The translations under genes and the position numbers were made by a program. From positions 13,702,001 through 13,766,000 of the forward strand of contig NC_043025.1 in assembly GCF_006345805.1 (NCBI RefSeq): a stretch of 64,000 nt of DNA, read 5' to 3'. Shown in pieces: positions 40,240 to 52,978 of the stretch. Position 1 is the first letter of the stretch. The number at the start of each line of letters is the position of its first letter. Source of the stretch: Octopus sinensis (Eukaryota). Under the pieces are notes generated by a model, which saw only the letters and a list, made by a program, of their open reading frames with translations, was not told the origin of the DNA and searched no databases.

Positions 40240-40680
40240 TTTGGCAGGATGGTCACAGCCAGAACATCTTTGATTATAGGTCTGCTGGATCAGGACTGAT
40301 CTGGGACTAAACAACTACAAGGAGAGACACATTAGATAATGTAGTCCTAGGTACACTATGTCTGAATAAAAGGCAGGATGGTCACATCTTTGATCATAGG
40401 TCAGTGTGGATCATGATTAGCTTGAGATTAAATAACACTGAGGAAGGACACATAAGACAACATACTCCTAGATACACTGTCTACATAAAAGGTAAAATGA
40501 TAACAGTTTGAATAGTTTTTATCATAAAGCTGCTGGATCAAGGGTAAACAACAAAGAGGGACAGATCAGATTATGTAGTCCTTGATAAACTTATATCTAA
40601 ATAAATGTCAGGAGCCCCTCTGATCATAGGTCTATTGGATCAAGACTGACCTGGGGCTAAACAGTAACATCTGTCCCCAT
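40240..40680. repeat. Diverged family D modules in the orientation opposite to the 22.8 kb array
   Basis: ggatggtcacagc...gatcataggtctgctggatcaggactgatctgggactaaacaac...cattagataatgtagtcctag. Confidence 0.75.
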
Positions 40681-40689
40681 TTCTACAGA

Positions 40690-42437
40690 CCAATGAGGGA
40701 GCCTCTGAGTAGGCTTCAGTCTTCTACTATAATTCCATTCACATCTAGGATTTTTGATAGGAATATCAAATCAACGACAGGACTTAACTGCTACTAATAC
40801 AAACCAATGAGGGAGCCTCTAGGTAGCCTTAGTCTTCTATTATAATTCCATTCGTATCCAGGATGTTTTTGTAGGAATACTAAATTGCTCTCCCCCACTA
40901 GCACTTAACTGCTACTTATATAAACCAATGAGGGAGCCTCTAGGTAGCCTTAATCCTCTTTCATAATTCCATTCACATCTAGAATGTTTTATAGCAGGCG
41001 TCAGTAAAATGGAATAAATTACCGCAAGTGGGGTCAAAATGAAATTCTAGGGGGTAAAAAGGACACATTAGTAAAATTATATTAAAAAAAAAAAAACTTC
41101 TTGAATTCAAAGAATCTGTGATTTTCTTCCTTTCAAACCAAAGGGGCAACATTGGCATAAATAAATATATTTTGGGGTAATTGGTTTACAAGTTCCCTGC
41201 ATCTATTTTATAAGAACATTAAATCAACCCCAGAACTTAACTGCTACTAATATAACCAATGAGGGAGCCCTAGGTAGCCTTAGTCTTCTATTGTAATTCA
41301 CTTACATCTAGGAATATTAAATCAACCTAGAACTTAACTGCTACTAATAAGCCAATGAGGAGCCCCTAGGTAGCCTTAGTCTTCTATTGTAATTCCACTT
41401 ACATCTAGGAATATTAAATCAACCCTAGTACTTAACTGCTACTAATATAAACCAATGAGGGAGCCCCTAGGTAGCCTCAGTCTTCTATTGTAATTCCACT
41501 TACATCTAGGAATATTAAATCAACCCTAGTACTTAACTGCTACTAATATAAACCAATGAGGGAGCCCCTAGGTAGCCTCAGTCTTCTATTGTAATTCCAC
41601 TTACATCTAGGGTGTTTTATAGGAATATTAAATCAACCCTAGTACTTAACTGCTACTAATATAACCAATGAGGGAGCCCCTTGGTAGCCTTAGTCTTCTA
41701 TTGTAATTCCACTTACATCTAGGGTGTTTTATAGGAATATCAAATCAACCCTAGTACTTAACTGCTACTAATATAAACCAATGAGGGAGCCCCTAGGTAG
41801 CCTTAGTCTTCTATTGTAATTCCACTTACATCTAGGGTGTTTTATAGGAATATCAAATCAACCCTAGTACTTAACTGCTACTAATATAAACCAATGAGGG
41901 AGCCCCTAGGTAGCCTTAGTCTTCTATTGTAATTCCACTTACATCTAGGGTGTTTTATAGGAATATCAAATCAACCCTAGTACTTAACTGCTACTAATAT
42001 AAACCAATGAGGGAGCCCCTAGGTAGCCTTAGTCTTCTATGTAATTCCACTTACATCTAGGGTGTTTTATAGGAATATCAAATCAACCCTAGTACTTAAC
42101 TGCTACTAATATAAACAATGAGGGAGCCCCTAGGTAGCCTTAGTCTTCTATTGTAATTCCACTTACATCTAGGGTGTTTTATAGGAATATCAAATCAACC
42201 CTAGTACTTAACTGCTACTAATATAAGCCAATGAGGGAGCCCCTAGGTAGCCTTAGTCTTCTATTGTAATTCCACTTACATCTAGGGTGTTTTATAGGAA
42301 TATCAAATCAACCCTAGTACTTAACTGCTACTAATATAAACCAATGAGGGAGCCCCTAGGTAGCCTTAGTTTTCTATTGTAATTCCACTTACATCTAGGA
42401 ATATCAAATCAACCCTAGTACTTAACTGCTACTAATA
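40690..42437. repeat. Tandem array, 113-bp unit (96-101 bp variants), about 14 copies
   Basis: The ccaatgagggagc anchor recurs at 41256, 41352, 41452, 41553, 41665, 41778, 41891, 42004, 42116, 42228 and 42341. Three diverged units lie at 40691-40990. Confidence 0.95.
40990..41200. mobile_element. About 210-bp insertion in the 113-bp array with hAT-MITE-like ends
   Basis: Begins gcaggcgtcagtaaa and ends tttacaagttccctgc (imperfect TIR); no clean TSD seen. Confidence 0.4.
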
Positions 42438-42684
42438 AAACATATCTGGGATGTTTTATGTGCAATCTATTTCCACAAAGACAAAGTTCACCTCGGATGA
42501 ACTTGATCTCAGAACAAAAAGGTTTGCAGCTAAATATTTCAAACAGCTAGAAATAGCAGCCAAAATCTCAAATCGAATCTGACTCATAAAATGCAGTAAA
42601 GACAAGCTGGATAGGGATAAAAAAAAGATAAATAATAAATGAAAACAGACGTTCCAGTAATGACCATCATGTCTTTTTATAGTC

Positions 42685-43045
42685 ATCTAGGGCTAAACAT
42701 CATCCAAAGTTTCCTTGTGGTCGCTCGAGAAGCTAGAAGTAACAGCCAGATCGCCCTCAAATCACAGATCTGGTTGATCAGGGCTGACCTAGGGCTAAAC
42801 ATCATCCAATGTTTCCTTGTGGTCGCTCGAGAAGCTAGAAGTAACAGCCAAATCGCCCTCAAATCACAACCGATCTCACAAACACAGATCTGGTTGATCA
42901 GGGCTGACCTAGGGCTAAACATCATCCAATGTTTCCTTGTGGTCGCTCGAGAAGCTAGAAGTAACAGCCAGATCGCCCTCAAATCACAACCGATCTCTCA
43001 CAAAGACAGATCTGGTTGATCAGGGCTGACCTGGGGCTAAACACT
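42685..43045. repeat. Tandem array, 102-120 bp unit, 3 copies, chimeric family D unit
   Basis: The ggtcgctcgagaagctagaag anchor recurs at 42719, 42821 and 42941. Confidence 0.92.
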
Positions 43046-43479
43046 CAAAGGGAGGTAATTAAATAGAAGGCTTTTGAGGGGTTTCTTTTTTTAAATCTTC
43101 TCCGATCCTCCACGGATTTCACAACATTAAAAGAACAGCAAATGCTTCAGATGCTGGTGGTGGTGGAGGTGGCGAAAAAAGGCAGGACGCGATGAGGGAG
43201 GCGGAGGAGAGAGAGAATTCTTTATATTAAAGATGACGAAATATTTGTGTGAAAGTGTCTGGGGGAGGGATGCCTGCGCGCGTGCTTGTGTGTGTGTGTA
43301 CCCGTATGGGATCAGCAACGGGGTATATTCACAGGAGATTGTTTCTCCATGATATATATATCCGTTCACATACAGGTGCGCATACATTATACACACACAC
43401 TAATTCTATCTGCATGCGCGTACACAGATGCCTGCGTACAAATAATTATATATGTATACATGTACTGTCATATACACAC

Positions 43480-43797
43480 ACACACACACATATACATACC
43501 TTCATTATATATACACATATACATACCTTCAGTATATATATTTATACATACCTTCAGTATATATATATATATATACACACACACATATACATACCTTCAG
43601 TATATATATATATATACATACCTTCAGTATATATACACACACACACATATACATACCTTCAGTATATATATATACACACACACACATATACATACCTTCA
43701 GTATATATATATATATACATACACACACACACATACATACCTTCACACACACACATCTATACATACCGTCAGTATATACACACACACATACCTTCAG

Positions 43798-43829
<32 letters not shown>

Positions 43830-43880
43830 AACACATCTATACATACCCTCAGTATATATATGCATATACACACACACACA
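43480..43880. repeat. Compound minisatellite with a catacataccttcagtata core
   Basis: About 10 recurrences separated by variable (TA)n(CA)n. Confidence 0.85.
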
Positions 43881-44122
43881 CAGATACTTTTACGATGTAT
43901 CCCGACGCCCGGGCTCACACCCCCAACTAACCAGCTGGTCCCTCCAATCCAATCTGTTGCCGGCAGTGAGGGCCAGATCTGTGGAGTGAGAAAATCCCCG
44001 CTTCCTTCTACTCCTAAGGCACAGAGGACCCTATAAGGGGCCATGGGAAAGTTTCCCTATCCTTCCTTGCCATAATGTATGCGTGTGTGCACTGTTTCCC
44101 AAATATTCTATTATATATATAC

Positions 44123-44321
44123 AAAATTAAAAGGAATGACCCCTAAAGTGGACACCCTGTATGCTAAACATAGACGTCAAATCGCCATCACCACGAAGAA
44201 TGTGTTCTCAAGAAAGAAATCTCAGCAAAACTCTGACAACACATTCTTCGTGGTGATGGCGATTTGACGTCTATGTTTAGCATCTAGGGTGTCCACTTTA
44301 GGGGTCATTCCTCTTAATTTT
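44123..44321. repeat. 84-bp inverted repeat, 3 mismatches, 31-nt loop
   Basis: Arms 44123-44206 and 44238-44321. Confidence 0.95.
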
Positions 44322-44559
44322 CGGATTTTTTCTAATTATGCTAAAACCACTGGTTTTAATTGATCAGCATCAATTTTCTACCCTTATTATCTAATTTTAT
44401 ATATATGTGTGTATATATATATATATAAGTGCGTGTACATTGCTGAAATCCAGAAAAGCACAACTTCAAATAAATAATGTATATACACATATGAGTAATT
44501 GTGTGTGTATGATAGAGAGGTATGCGAGTGCGCGCGCCTCCAAATATTTCAGATTGTCT

Positions 44560-44906
44560 ATATATTTATGTGCGTGCATACGCATATATATACACATACA
44601 TACATACATATATATATATATACATACATACATATATATACACATACATACATACATATATATACACATACATACATACATATATATACACATACATACA
44701 TACATATATATATATATACACATACATACATATATATACACACATACATACATATATATACACGTACATATATATATACACATACATACATATATATACA
44801 CATACATACATATATATACACATACATACATATATATACACATACATACATATATATACACATACATACATACATATATATATATATACATACATATATA
44901 TACACA

Positions 44907-44938
<32 letters not shown>

Positions 44939-45034
44939 CACACACACACATATATATATATACACATATATATATATGCTAGCATAAAAAACGGACGTTA
45001 AACGATGATGATGATTGATATATAATATATGTGG

Positions 45035-45075
<41 letters not shown>

Positions 45076-45350
45076 TGTTGGCATATATATATATACATAC
45101 ATGCATACATATATATACACATACATATATATATATATATACATACATACATATATATACACACACATACATACATATACACATACATATATACATACAC
45201 ACATACATATACACATATATACATACATATATATATACATACACATACACACATATATATACACATATATACATACACACATACATATAAATATACACAA
45301 ACACACATATATACACATATATATATATATACACACACACACACATATAT

Positions 45351-45384
<34 letters not shown>

Positions 45385-45480
45385 GCTAGCATGAAAAACG
45401 GACGTTAAACGATGATGATGATTGATATATAATATATGTGGGTGTGTATATATATATATATATGCGTGTTGGCATATATA
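44560..45480. repeat. (TACA/TA/CA)n block with a 408-bp-spaced duplicated RTE-tail remnant
   Basis: gctagcat(a/g)aaaaacggacgttaaacgatgatgatgattgatatataatatatgtgggtgtg occurs at about 44978 and 45386. Confidence 0.85.
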
Positions 45481-45894
45481 TATACATGCGTCAGTGGATG
45501 TGTGTGTGCACGGGTATATATGTCTGCGTATAGCATAGTAGTTGTTACAGGTCAGCAGGCAACATATCTACGTGCGTGTATATATATATATATATACACT
45601 CACAAAAAGAGAGAGAGTGGGGGAGGAGATCTATATACACCCTACAACATATATATACATAGATACACACATATATATATATATATATACACAGTACCGT
45701 GGTGCTGTAGCCGTATAGGTGGTGGTGGTGGTGGTGGTTGGTGTTGTGGTGTGGTGCCTGGTCGGTCGGTCGGTCAACTAGTTATTACCATCCTGGGGCC
45801 GTGGCGGTGGCTGGAAGCGATGTGAGGTCGTCTTTCCGACGATATTTCCCTGTAGCCATAACAGAACCGTATGACTTGTGTAATTGGGTGGTGC

Positions 45895-47520
45895 GAAGGG
45901 GAGGAATGACAGACGGGGGGAGAGAGAGAGACAGAGTAGCGAGAGGGTGAGAGAAGAGTAGCGGGCGAGGGAGAAGAATAAGAGAGGGTGAGACAAGGCG
46001 GTAGTGGAAGAGAGGGAGAAAGAATAAGAGGGAATAGCGAGAGAAAGAATAATAGGGAATAGCGAGAGGGTGAGAGAAGGAGGAATGACAGACGGAGAGA
46101 GGGGAGAGAAGAGTAGCGGGCGAGGGGGAAAGAATAAGAGGGAATAACGAGAGGGTGAGACAAGGAGGTAGTTTAAGAAAGAGAGAGGGGGGAAAGGCGA
46201 GGGAGAGAGAATGATAGGGAATAGCGAGAGGGTGAGACAAGGCGGTCGGTAGTGGTGGAGAGGGAGAAAGGATAAGAGGGAATAGCGAGAGGGTGAGAGA
46301 AGGAGGTAGTGGAGAGAGGAGTAGCGAGGCAGAAAGAGTAAGAGGGAATAGCGAGAGGGTGAGAGAAGGAGGTAGTGGAAGAGAGTGGAGAGAGAAAGAG
46401 AGAGGGGGAGAAAGAATAATAGGGAATAGCGAGAGGGTGAGAGGAGGTAGTGGAAGAGAGTGGAGAGAGAAAGAAAGAGAGAGGGGGTGACGAGGGAGAA
46501 AGAATAATAGGAAATAGCGAGAGGGTGAGAGAAGGAGGTAGTGTAATAGCGAGAAGGTAAGAGTGACAACGGTAGAGGGAGAGACAGAAGAATAGAGAAA
46601 GATAGCGATAGTGTAAGAGAGGGAGAGAAAGGGAAGAAATAACGGTAGTGAGAGAGAGAATAGAGTGTTAGGGTGCGTGAAAGTGAGAGAAAAGGGAATA
46701 GAGATAGTGGAAAGGGGACAAGAAAGAGATAGCGGTAGCGTGTGAGAGAGAGGAAGAGAGATATGACAGAAGTACGAGAGAGGGGGAGAATGACAGAGAA
46801 GGGGTGGGAATAGCGTGCGAGGGAGAATGAGATAGAGAGACAGAAAGAAGAAGAAAATGGGAGAGAGAGACAGACAGATGTGAGGAGAGAAAGAATGGGA
46901 AATGTATGGAAGTAGTAGGAGAGAAAAAAATGACAGATGGAGATTGAGGGATAGAGGGAGGAGAGAGAGATATAAAGACCGAAGGGAAGAATGAAAAAGA
47001 GAGATAGTGATAAGGAGTGAGAGAGGGGCGAATAAAAAAGTGAAAGAAGGAAGATAAGGGTGTAGAGAGCGTGATAGGATAGAAGGAGGGGGATGTAGGA
47101 AGATATAGAGAAGGGAAGAGGGTGTAAAAATGATAGAAGTAGTAAAAGAGAGGGGAAGAAAGTGAGAAGGAGATGAGGAAGATAGGGAGTGTCAGTGATA
47201 GGGGAAAGAGAGAGAGATGAGAAGGGGACGGTAATGAGAGAGAGAGAACAAGAGAAAGAGTAGCAGCACAACGTAGACGCAGACGATCGACGTGGAAGGA
47301 AAGGGGAGGAGAAGGAGGACGAGAAAGAAAAGGAAGTTTCAGTAATAGAGGGCGGGGGGGAGGAAGAGTAAGACAGTGACAGAGAGAGAGAGAGAGAGAG
47401 AAGGGACAGTAGTAAAAGACAGAGTGGAAACAAGAGAGAGAGAGTGAGAGAAAGAAAGAGTAGAAGTAGCAGCGAAACGTAGGCAGGGTGAAGTCGAAGG
47501 AAGGGGAGGAGGAAGAAGGT
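45895..47520. repeat. 1.6-kb polypurine (GA) tract with a degenerate gggaatagcgagagggtgaga minisatellite
   Basis: The + strand is overwhelmingly A/G; this is the source of the 603-aa L/S/P/F artefact ORF. Confidence 0.88.
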
Positions 47521-47675
47521 CTTGAGGAAAATTCTTAAAACTGCTGTAGTGTGTGTGAAAGGCAACGAGCACCGTCCTGGCTTCTTCACTCAGGAATATT
47601 GTTTCTTCCATACACAACACACCCATTTCCATTACTACCAATACAAGTCACATACCAGCATTATATATATACTCC

Positions 47676-47880
47676 TTTACTACCCACAAGAGACTAAACA
47701 CAGAGGGGACAAATAAGGACAGACAAACGGATTACGTCGACCCCAGTGCGTAACTGGTACTTAATTTATCGGCCCCCGAAAGGATGAAAGGCAAAGTCGA
47801 CCTCGGCGGAATTTGAACTCAGAACGTAACGGCTACACATTTCGCCCAGCGTGCTAACGTTTCTGCCAGCTCGCCACCTT
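47676..47880 (-). mobile_element. SINE family B, full length
   Basis: Reverse complement of 34571-34786. Confidence 0.85.
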
Positions 47881-47900
47881 TACCAGCATATATATATATA

Positions 47901-48700
47901 CTCTTTTACTTGTTTCAGTCATTTGACTGTGTGGCCATGCTGGAGCACCGCCTTTTAGTCGACCAAATCGACCCCGGGACTTATTCTTTGCAAGCCTAGT
48001 ACTTATTCTATCGGTCTCTTTTTGCCGAACCGCTAAGTAACGGGGACGTAAACACACCAGCATCGGTTGTCAAGCAATGCTAGGGGACAAACACATACAT
48101 ATATACGACGGGCTTCTTTCAGTTTCCGTCTACCAAATCCACTCACAAGGCTTTGGTCGGCCCGAGGCTACAGTAGAAGACACTCGCCCAAGGTGCCACG
48201 CAGTGGGACTGAACCCGGAACCATGTATATACGTATACTCTTTTACTTCTTTCAGTCATTTGACTGTGTGGCCGTGCTGGAGCACTGCCTTTTAGTCGAC
48301 AAAATCGACCCCGGGACTTATTCTTTGTAAGCCTACTACTTATTCTATCGGTCTCTTTTTGCTGAACCGCTATGTTACAGGGACGTAAACACACCAACAT
48401 CGGTTGTCAAGCGATGTCGGGGGGACAGACACAGATATACACACATATCTTCTGTGCCGGTGGCACATAAAAAGCACCAACCGATCATGGCCGATGCCAG
48501 CTAGCATGGAAAAATGGACATTAAATGATGATGATATATATGACGGGCTTCTTTCAGTTTCCGTCTACCAAATCCACTCATAAGGCTTTGGTCGGCCCGG
48601 GGCTATAGTAGAAGACACTTGCCCAAGGTGCCATGCAGTGGGACTGAACCCGGAACCATGTGGTTGGTAAGCAAGCTACTTACCACACAGCCACTCCTGT
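47901..48700 (-). mobile_element. Cluster of SINE family A copies with an RTE-tail piece
   Basis: Copies at about 47901-48225, 48237-48430 and 48540-48700. Confidence 0.85.
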
Positions 48701-49026
48701 GTTTTAACAATTCTGCAGGCTCGCTGCTTAACAATAATCTACTATAATAACACTCATGTGTATTTCTCCATCACAACATATGACTGAGAAAGGAAGGGGT
48801 GATGGCAAACTTGGTAGTGGGACAATGGAAGTTCTGTGGTGAAAAGAAAATCAAACAGCGTTTCAACTCTGATTAAGTATATATGTGTGTATGTAAAAGG
48901 GAGTCATGTGAATGTGTGTGTGTGCAATGGAAGTGATATGGTGAATATTCAATGCCGAAAAGAAAAACCAAACAGCGTTTCAACTCTGTGTGAGTGTATG
49001 TGTACAATGGAAGCATGTGAATGTTT

Positions 49027-49388
49027 GTGGCAAGTAGCTTGCTTACCAACCACATGGTTCCAGGTTCAGTCCCACTGCGTGGAACCTTGGGCAAGTGTCT
49101 TCTTCTATAGCCTCGGGCCGACCAATGCCTTGTGAGTGGATTTGGTAGAGGGAAACTGAAAGAAGCCTGTCGTATATATATATATGTATGTGAGTGTGTG
49201 TTTGTCCCCCCAACATGGCTTGACAACCGATGATGGTGTATTTACGTCCCCGTAACTTAGCGGTTCGGCAAAAGAGACCGATAGAATAAGTACTCGGCTT
49301 ACAAAGAATAAGTCCTGGGGTCGATTTGCTCGACTAAAGGCGGTGCTCCAGCATGGCCACAGTCACATGAATGAAACAAGTAAAAGAA
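49027..49388 (+). mobile_element. SINE family A, near full length
   Basis: gtggcaagtagcttgcttaccaacc ... gaaacaagtaaaaga. Confidence 0.88.
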
Positions 49389-49397
49389 TTTTGTACC

Positions 49398-49620
49398 TTA
49401 TTACCCCCGCCTTAGCAAAGGTGGAGGTATTGTTTTCAGTTGCATCTGTTTGTTTGTCCGTGGACAAGATATCACAAGAACCGCTGGATGGATTTAGATG
49501 AAACTTTCAGGAATATTTGGACTCGTGACTGGCACGAGCCGATTAGATTTTGGGTTCAATCCTGTACCAGACCAAGATTCTAGATTATTTTTCCTGTTTT
49601 TTTACTTAATTTTTGAAAGC
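49398..49620 (+). mobile_element. Helentron-associated (HINE/DINE-like) non-autonomous element
   Basis: ttattacccccgccttagcaaaggtggaggtattgttttc...gtttgtttgtcc...ccgctggatggatttagatgaaacttt matches my recollection of that family's architecture; not verified. Confidence 0.45.
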
Positions 49621-50689
49621 AGTCAGGTTCATTTTTAGGCTTTGGTTGGTCCAAGATTATAGAAGACATTTGCCCAAGGTGCCACACAGTGGAACTGAAC
49701 CTGGAACCCTGTGATTGGGAAGCAAGCTTCTTACCACACAGCCATGCCTGCACCTACATATATTCTATGCTTGCAAAACAACAAATGAAACAGAGTACAG
49801 GACGTACTTTGCTGTAACAACCATTGCACGTCCAAGTACGACACAGCTTTCTGCTTCGCCACCCCATATGCATAGAGTGCTAGACATTCGTCTCCACATC
49901 CAGCGCCACAACTGTTATCACCACCATCACAATATAGAAGAGGCAAATGACATTCTTCTTCACTGCAACCACCCCCATCACCACACACACCCTTCTTCTA
50001 CTCTTCCCCCCAATAGCTATTAAACATCTGACTCACAACCTGACAGCATGTACCACAACTGGCATTGCAAGAGACACACACAAAATACCAGAGTACACAT
50101 ACGCACATTCACAGCACTACACACACACACACACACAGACTACAAGCTTACAGAAACCAATTTATCAGCCATGTGTCTCTGAAATCATATCCTACTCTCT
50201 TAAAGAACACATTAGATAATGTAGTCCTAGATACACTATGTCTAAATAAAAGACAGGGATGGTCACAGCTGGAACAGGACTGACCTGGGGCTAAACAACA
50301 ACAAGGAAGGACACATTTGATAATGTAGTCCTAGATACACTATGTCTAAATAAAAGACAGGGTGGTCACAAATGGAACATTTTTGATGGATTGAGGCTGA
50401 CCTGGGGCTAAACACCATACCATGTACACACACACAACAAGTTACAGTAACATACAAAGCCAGATAGACACACACACAAGCAAATGCAAAGACATATACA
50501 GAGAGACAGAGGATTAGATGCACATACATACGCAAACAAGACTAAACAAACACATACACAGATATAGACTCATGTACACTCCCACACACAGACAGAAGAC
50601 CAGATATACATACACAAACACACAGAGGTGTATGTGGATATAGAAACAGACAAAGGCTGGCAGTACAAAGAACAACAGGAAGGTGAGAC

Positions 50690-52760
50690 AAGATGTTCTG
50701 AAGGAAATCATCAGAAGATCGGAGCAGGATGGAATAGGAATGGTTTCGTAATGGAGAAGAAAGGCAAAGAGAGAGAGAAAGGTGACGTTTAGGAGAATTA
50801 AACGATAATTGATGGAGCGAAAGAGATGAAAATTGGCGATAAGAAGGGATTAGGGGAAGGAAAAAAACCGAAGAAAGTTACTGAAATGGATAAAAATTGA
50901 TGGGAAAAATGGACGGACGATAATGGATAGGGAAGAAGAGTTAATGGGAAAATGGGGGAGAGTTTAGGTGGAAGGGAGGGAAATGAAGGAAAATGGGTGA
51001 AAATTAAATGAGAAGGTCAATGCATTCGTGAAAATCCATAAAAAATGAATGCAAAATCAATAGAAAATGGATGAAAGTTAATGAAGATGACAAAATATTT
51101 GGGGAAAAGAATGTAAATTGAATGAAAAAGACAAAACATTAAGAAAAAATCTATAAAAAATGAGTGAAAATCAACGAAAAAATATTCATGAATGAAAATT
51201 GAATGACAGAGAGGGGATTAGATGAAGAAAAAGTGATGAAAATATTGAAATTGGATGAAAAGTGATAAAAACATTGGATGGATGATAATGGCTGGAGAAG
51301 GAAAGTTATTGAGAAAATAGGGGGAAACTGGAAAAACGTGGCAGTATTTCGGATGAGAGGAGGGAAATGAAAGACGAAGGAATGAAAAGCGAATGAAATT
51401 GACAAAATATTCATTAAAATCTACGAAAAAATAAATGGAAATTGAATGAAAATTTATTAAAATCCAAGAAAGACGGAGGAAAATGACAAAATCGGTCTCC
51501 TCAATCACAACTGACCACGGGCTAAACAACAGCAACAGGGGAGGATGTATTAGATAATGTAGAACTCTTTTACTTGTTTCAGTCATTTGACTGTGGCCAT
51601 GCTGGAGCACCGCCTTTAGTTGAGCAAATCGACCCCAGGACTTATTCTTTGTAAGCCTATACTTATTCTATCGGTCTCTTTTGCCAAACTGCTAGATGAC
51701 AGGGACGTAAACATACCAGCATCAGTTGTCAAGCGATATTGAGGGGGACAAACACATATAAATGATGGGGCTTCTTTCAGTTTCCATCTACCAAATCCAC
51801 TCACAAGGCTTTGGTCAGCCTGAGGCTATAGCAGAAGACACTTGGCCAAAGTGCCACACAGAGGGACTGAACCCAGAACCATGTGGTTGGTAAGCAAGCT
51901 TCTTACCACACAGCCACTCCTACGCCTATATATACACACATACATAGTAATGAACTTAATGTATATAGTGCTCAGGTGCACAACTCATCAAAAAAGGTAG
52001 TCAAAAGTGCAAAGAACATGCACGTGAAGAGAAAAGTGAATGAGTTGTTAAAAAAAGGTGGGGTAGAGGACATCAGGTGTGCTATTGTCATATTTCAGGA
52101 AGCATGTAAGTTTTCAACAAAGTAGTCATGAAAATTCATTCAAAATGAATGAAATTCATTGGAAATTGAATGAAAATGACAAGATTATTTGTAAAAATGA
52201 GGGAAAAAAATTAACAAAACTGTAATCAAACGACTGAAAATGGCAAAGAATTTGTGAGAAACCATTAAAAATTTATGAAAAGCACAAACATACACACACA
52301 CAGATATAAATATGCACACATACATACACATATACAAAGATTTAGACAAACACACACATGCAGACGTGCACATACAAAAATTGATGGAAATAAGAAAATA
52401 TTTGTGAAAATTGAATGAGACTGATAAAATATTCAAGAAAATCTATGAAAAAATGAATGAAAATTGATGAAACCAACAAAGTATTCATAAAAAACTGTAA
52501 AAAAATGCATGAATATTTGATGGAAATTGAATAAAACAACAATATATTCATGGAAAGTTAATATAATTTGATGAAAATGACAAATTAATCAAGAAGATTT
52601 ATGGAAATGGATAAAAACAGCAAAATATTCATGAAAATTGGATGTTGATTTGATGGAAATTTATGCAAATGACAAATTATTCATGTAAATTTATGAAGAA
52701 TGTTATTAAAATACATTCAAAAATGGTTACAAGAAGAGAAGAGAAAGAAATGGATGCAAA
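50690..52760. repeat. About 2-kb A/G-rich, C-poor low-complexity tract interrupted by a SINE A (51563-51925)
   Basis: Recurrent gaaaatt/aatgaa motifs and strong strand skew. Confidence 0.75.
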
Positions 52761-52978
52761 TTGAGTATGAGAATAATTGAAAGGTTTAAGGATGGCGGCA
52801 GAGGTTAATAAGTACAGCAAATCCATCAGGAATAACTATAAGAGTAGAAATAGGGACTGTCATAGGAGAATTCTGGACACTCCCATGTGGCTGAACATGG
52901 ACTAACCGATTATAATCAAAAAGAACTGAGTGAACCATCAAGTGGGGGAGTTGACCATGTTGGTTTAACTATGTTCGT

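Noticed and set aside
20013-45408. Many 100-270 aa ORFs rich in Y/I/H/T or C/V/M/Y
   Set aside because: Products of (TA)n, (CA)n and (TACA)n repeats.
45778-47589. 603-aa ORF, the longest in the track
   Set aside because: Translation of a CT-rich low-complexity strand (L/S/P/F only) with no domain; stop codons are simply rare in such sequence.
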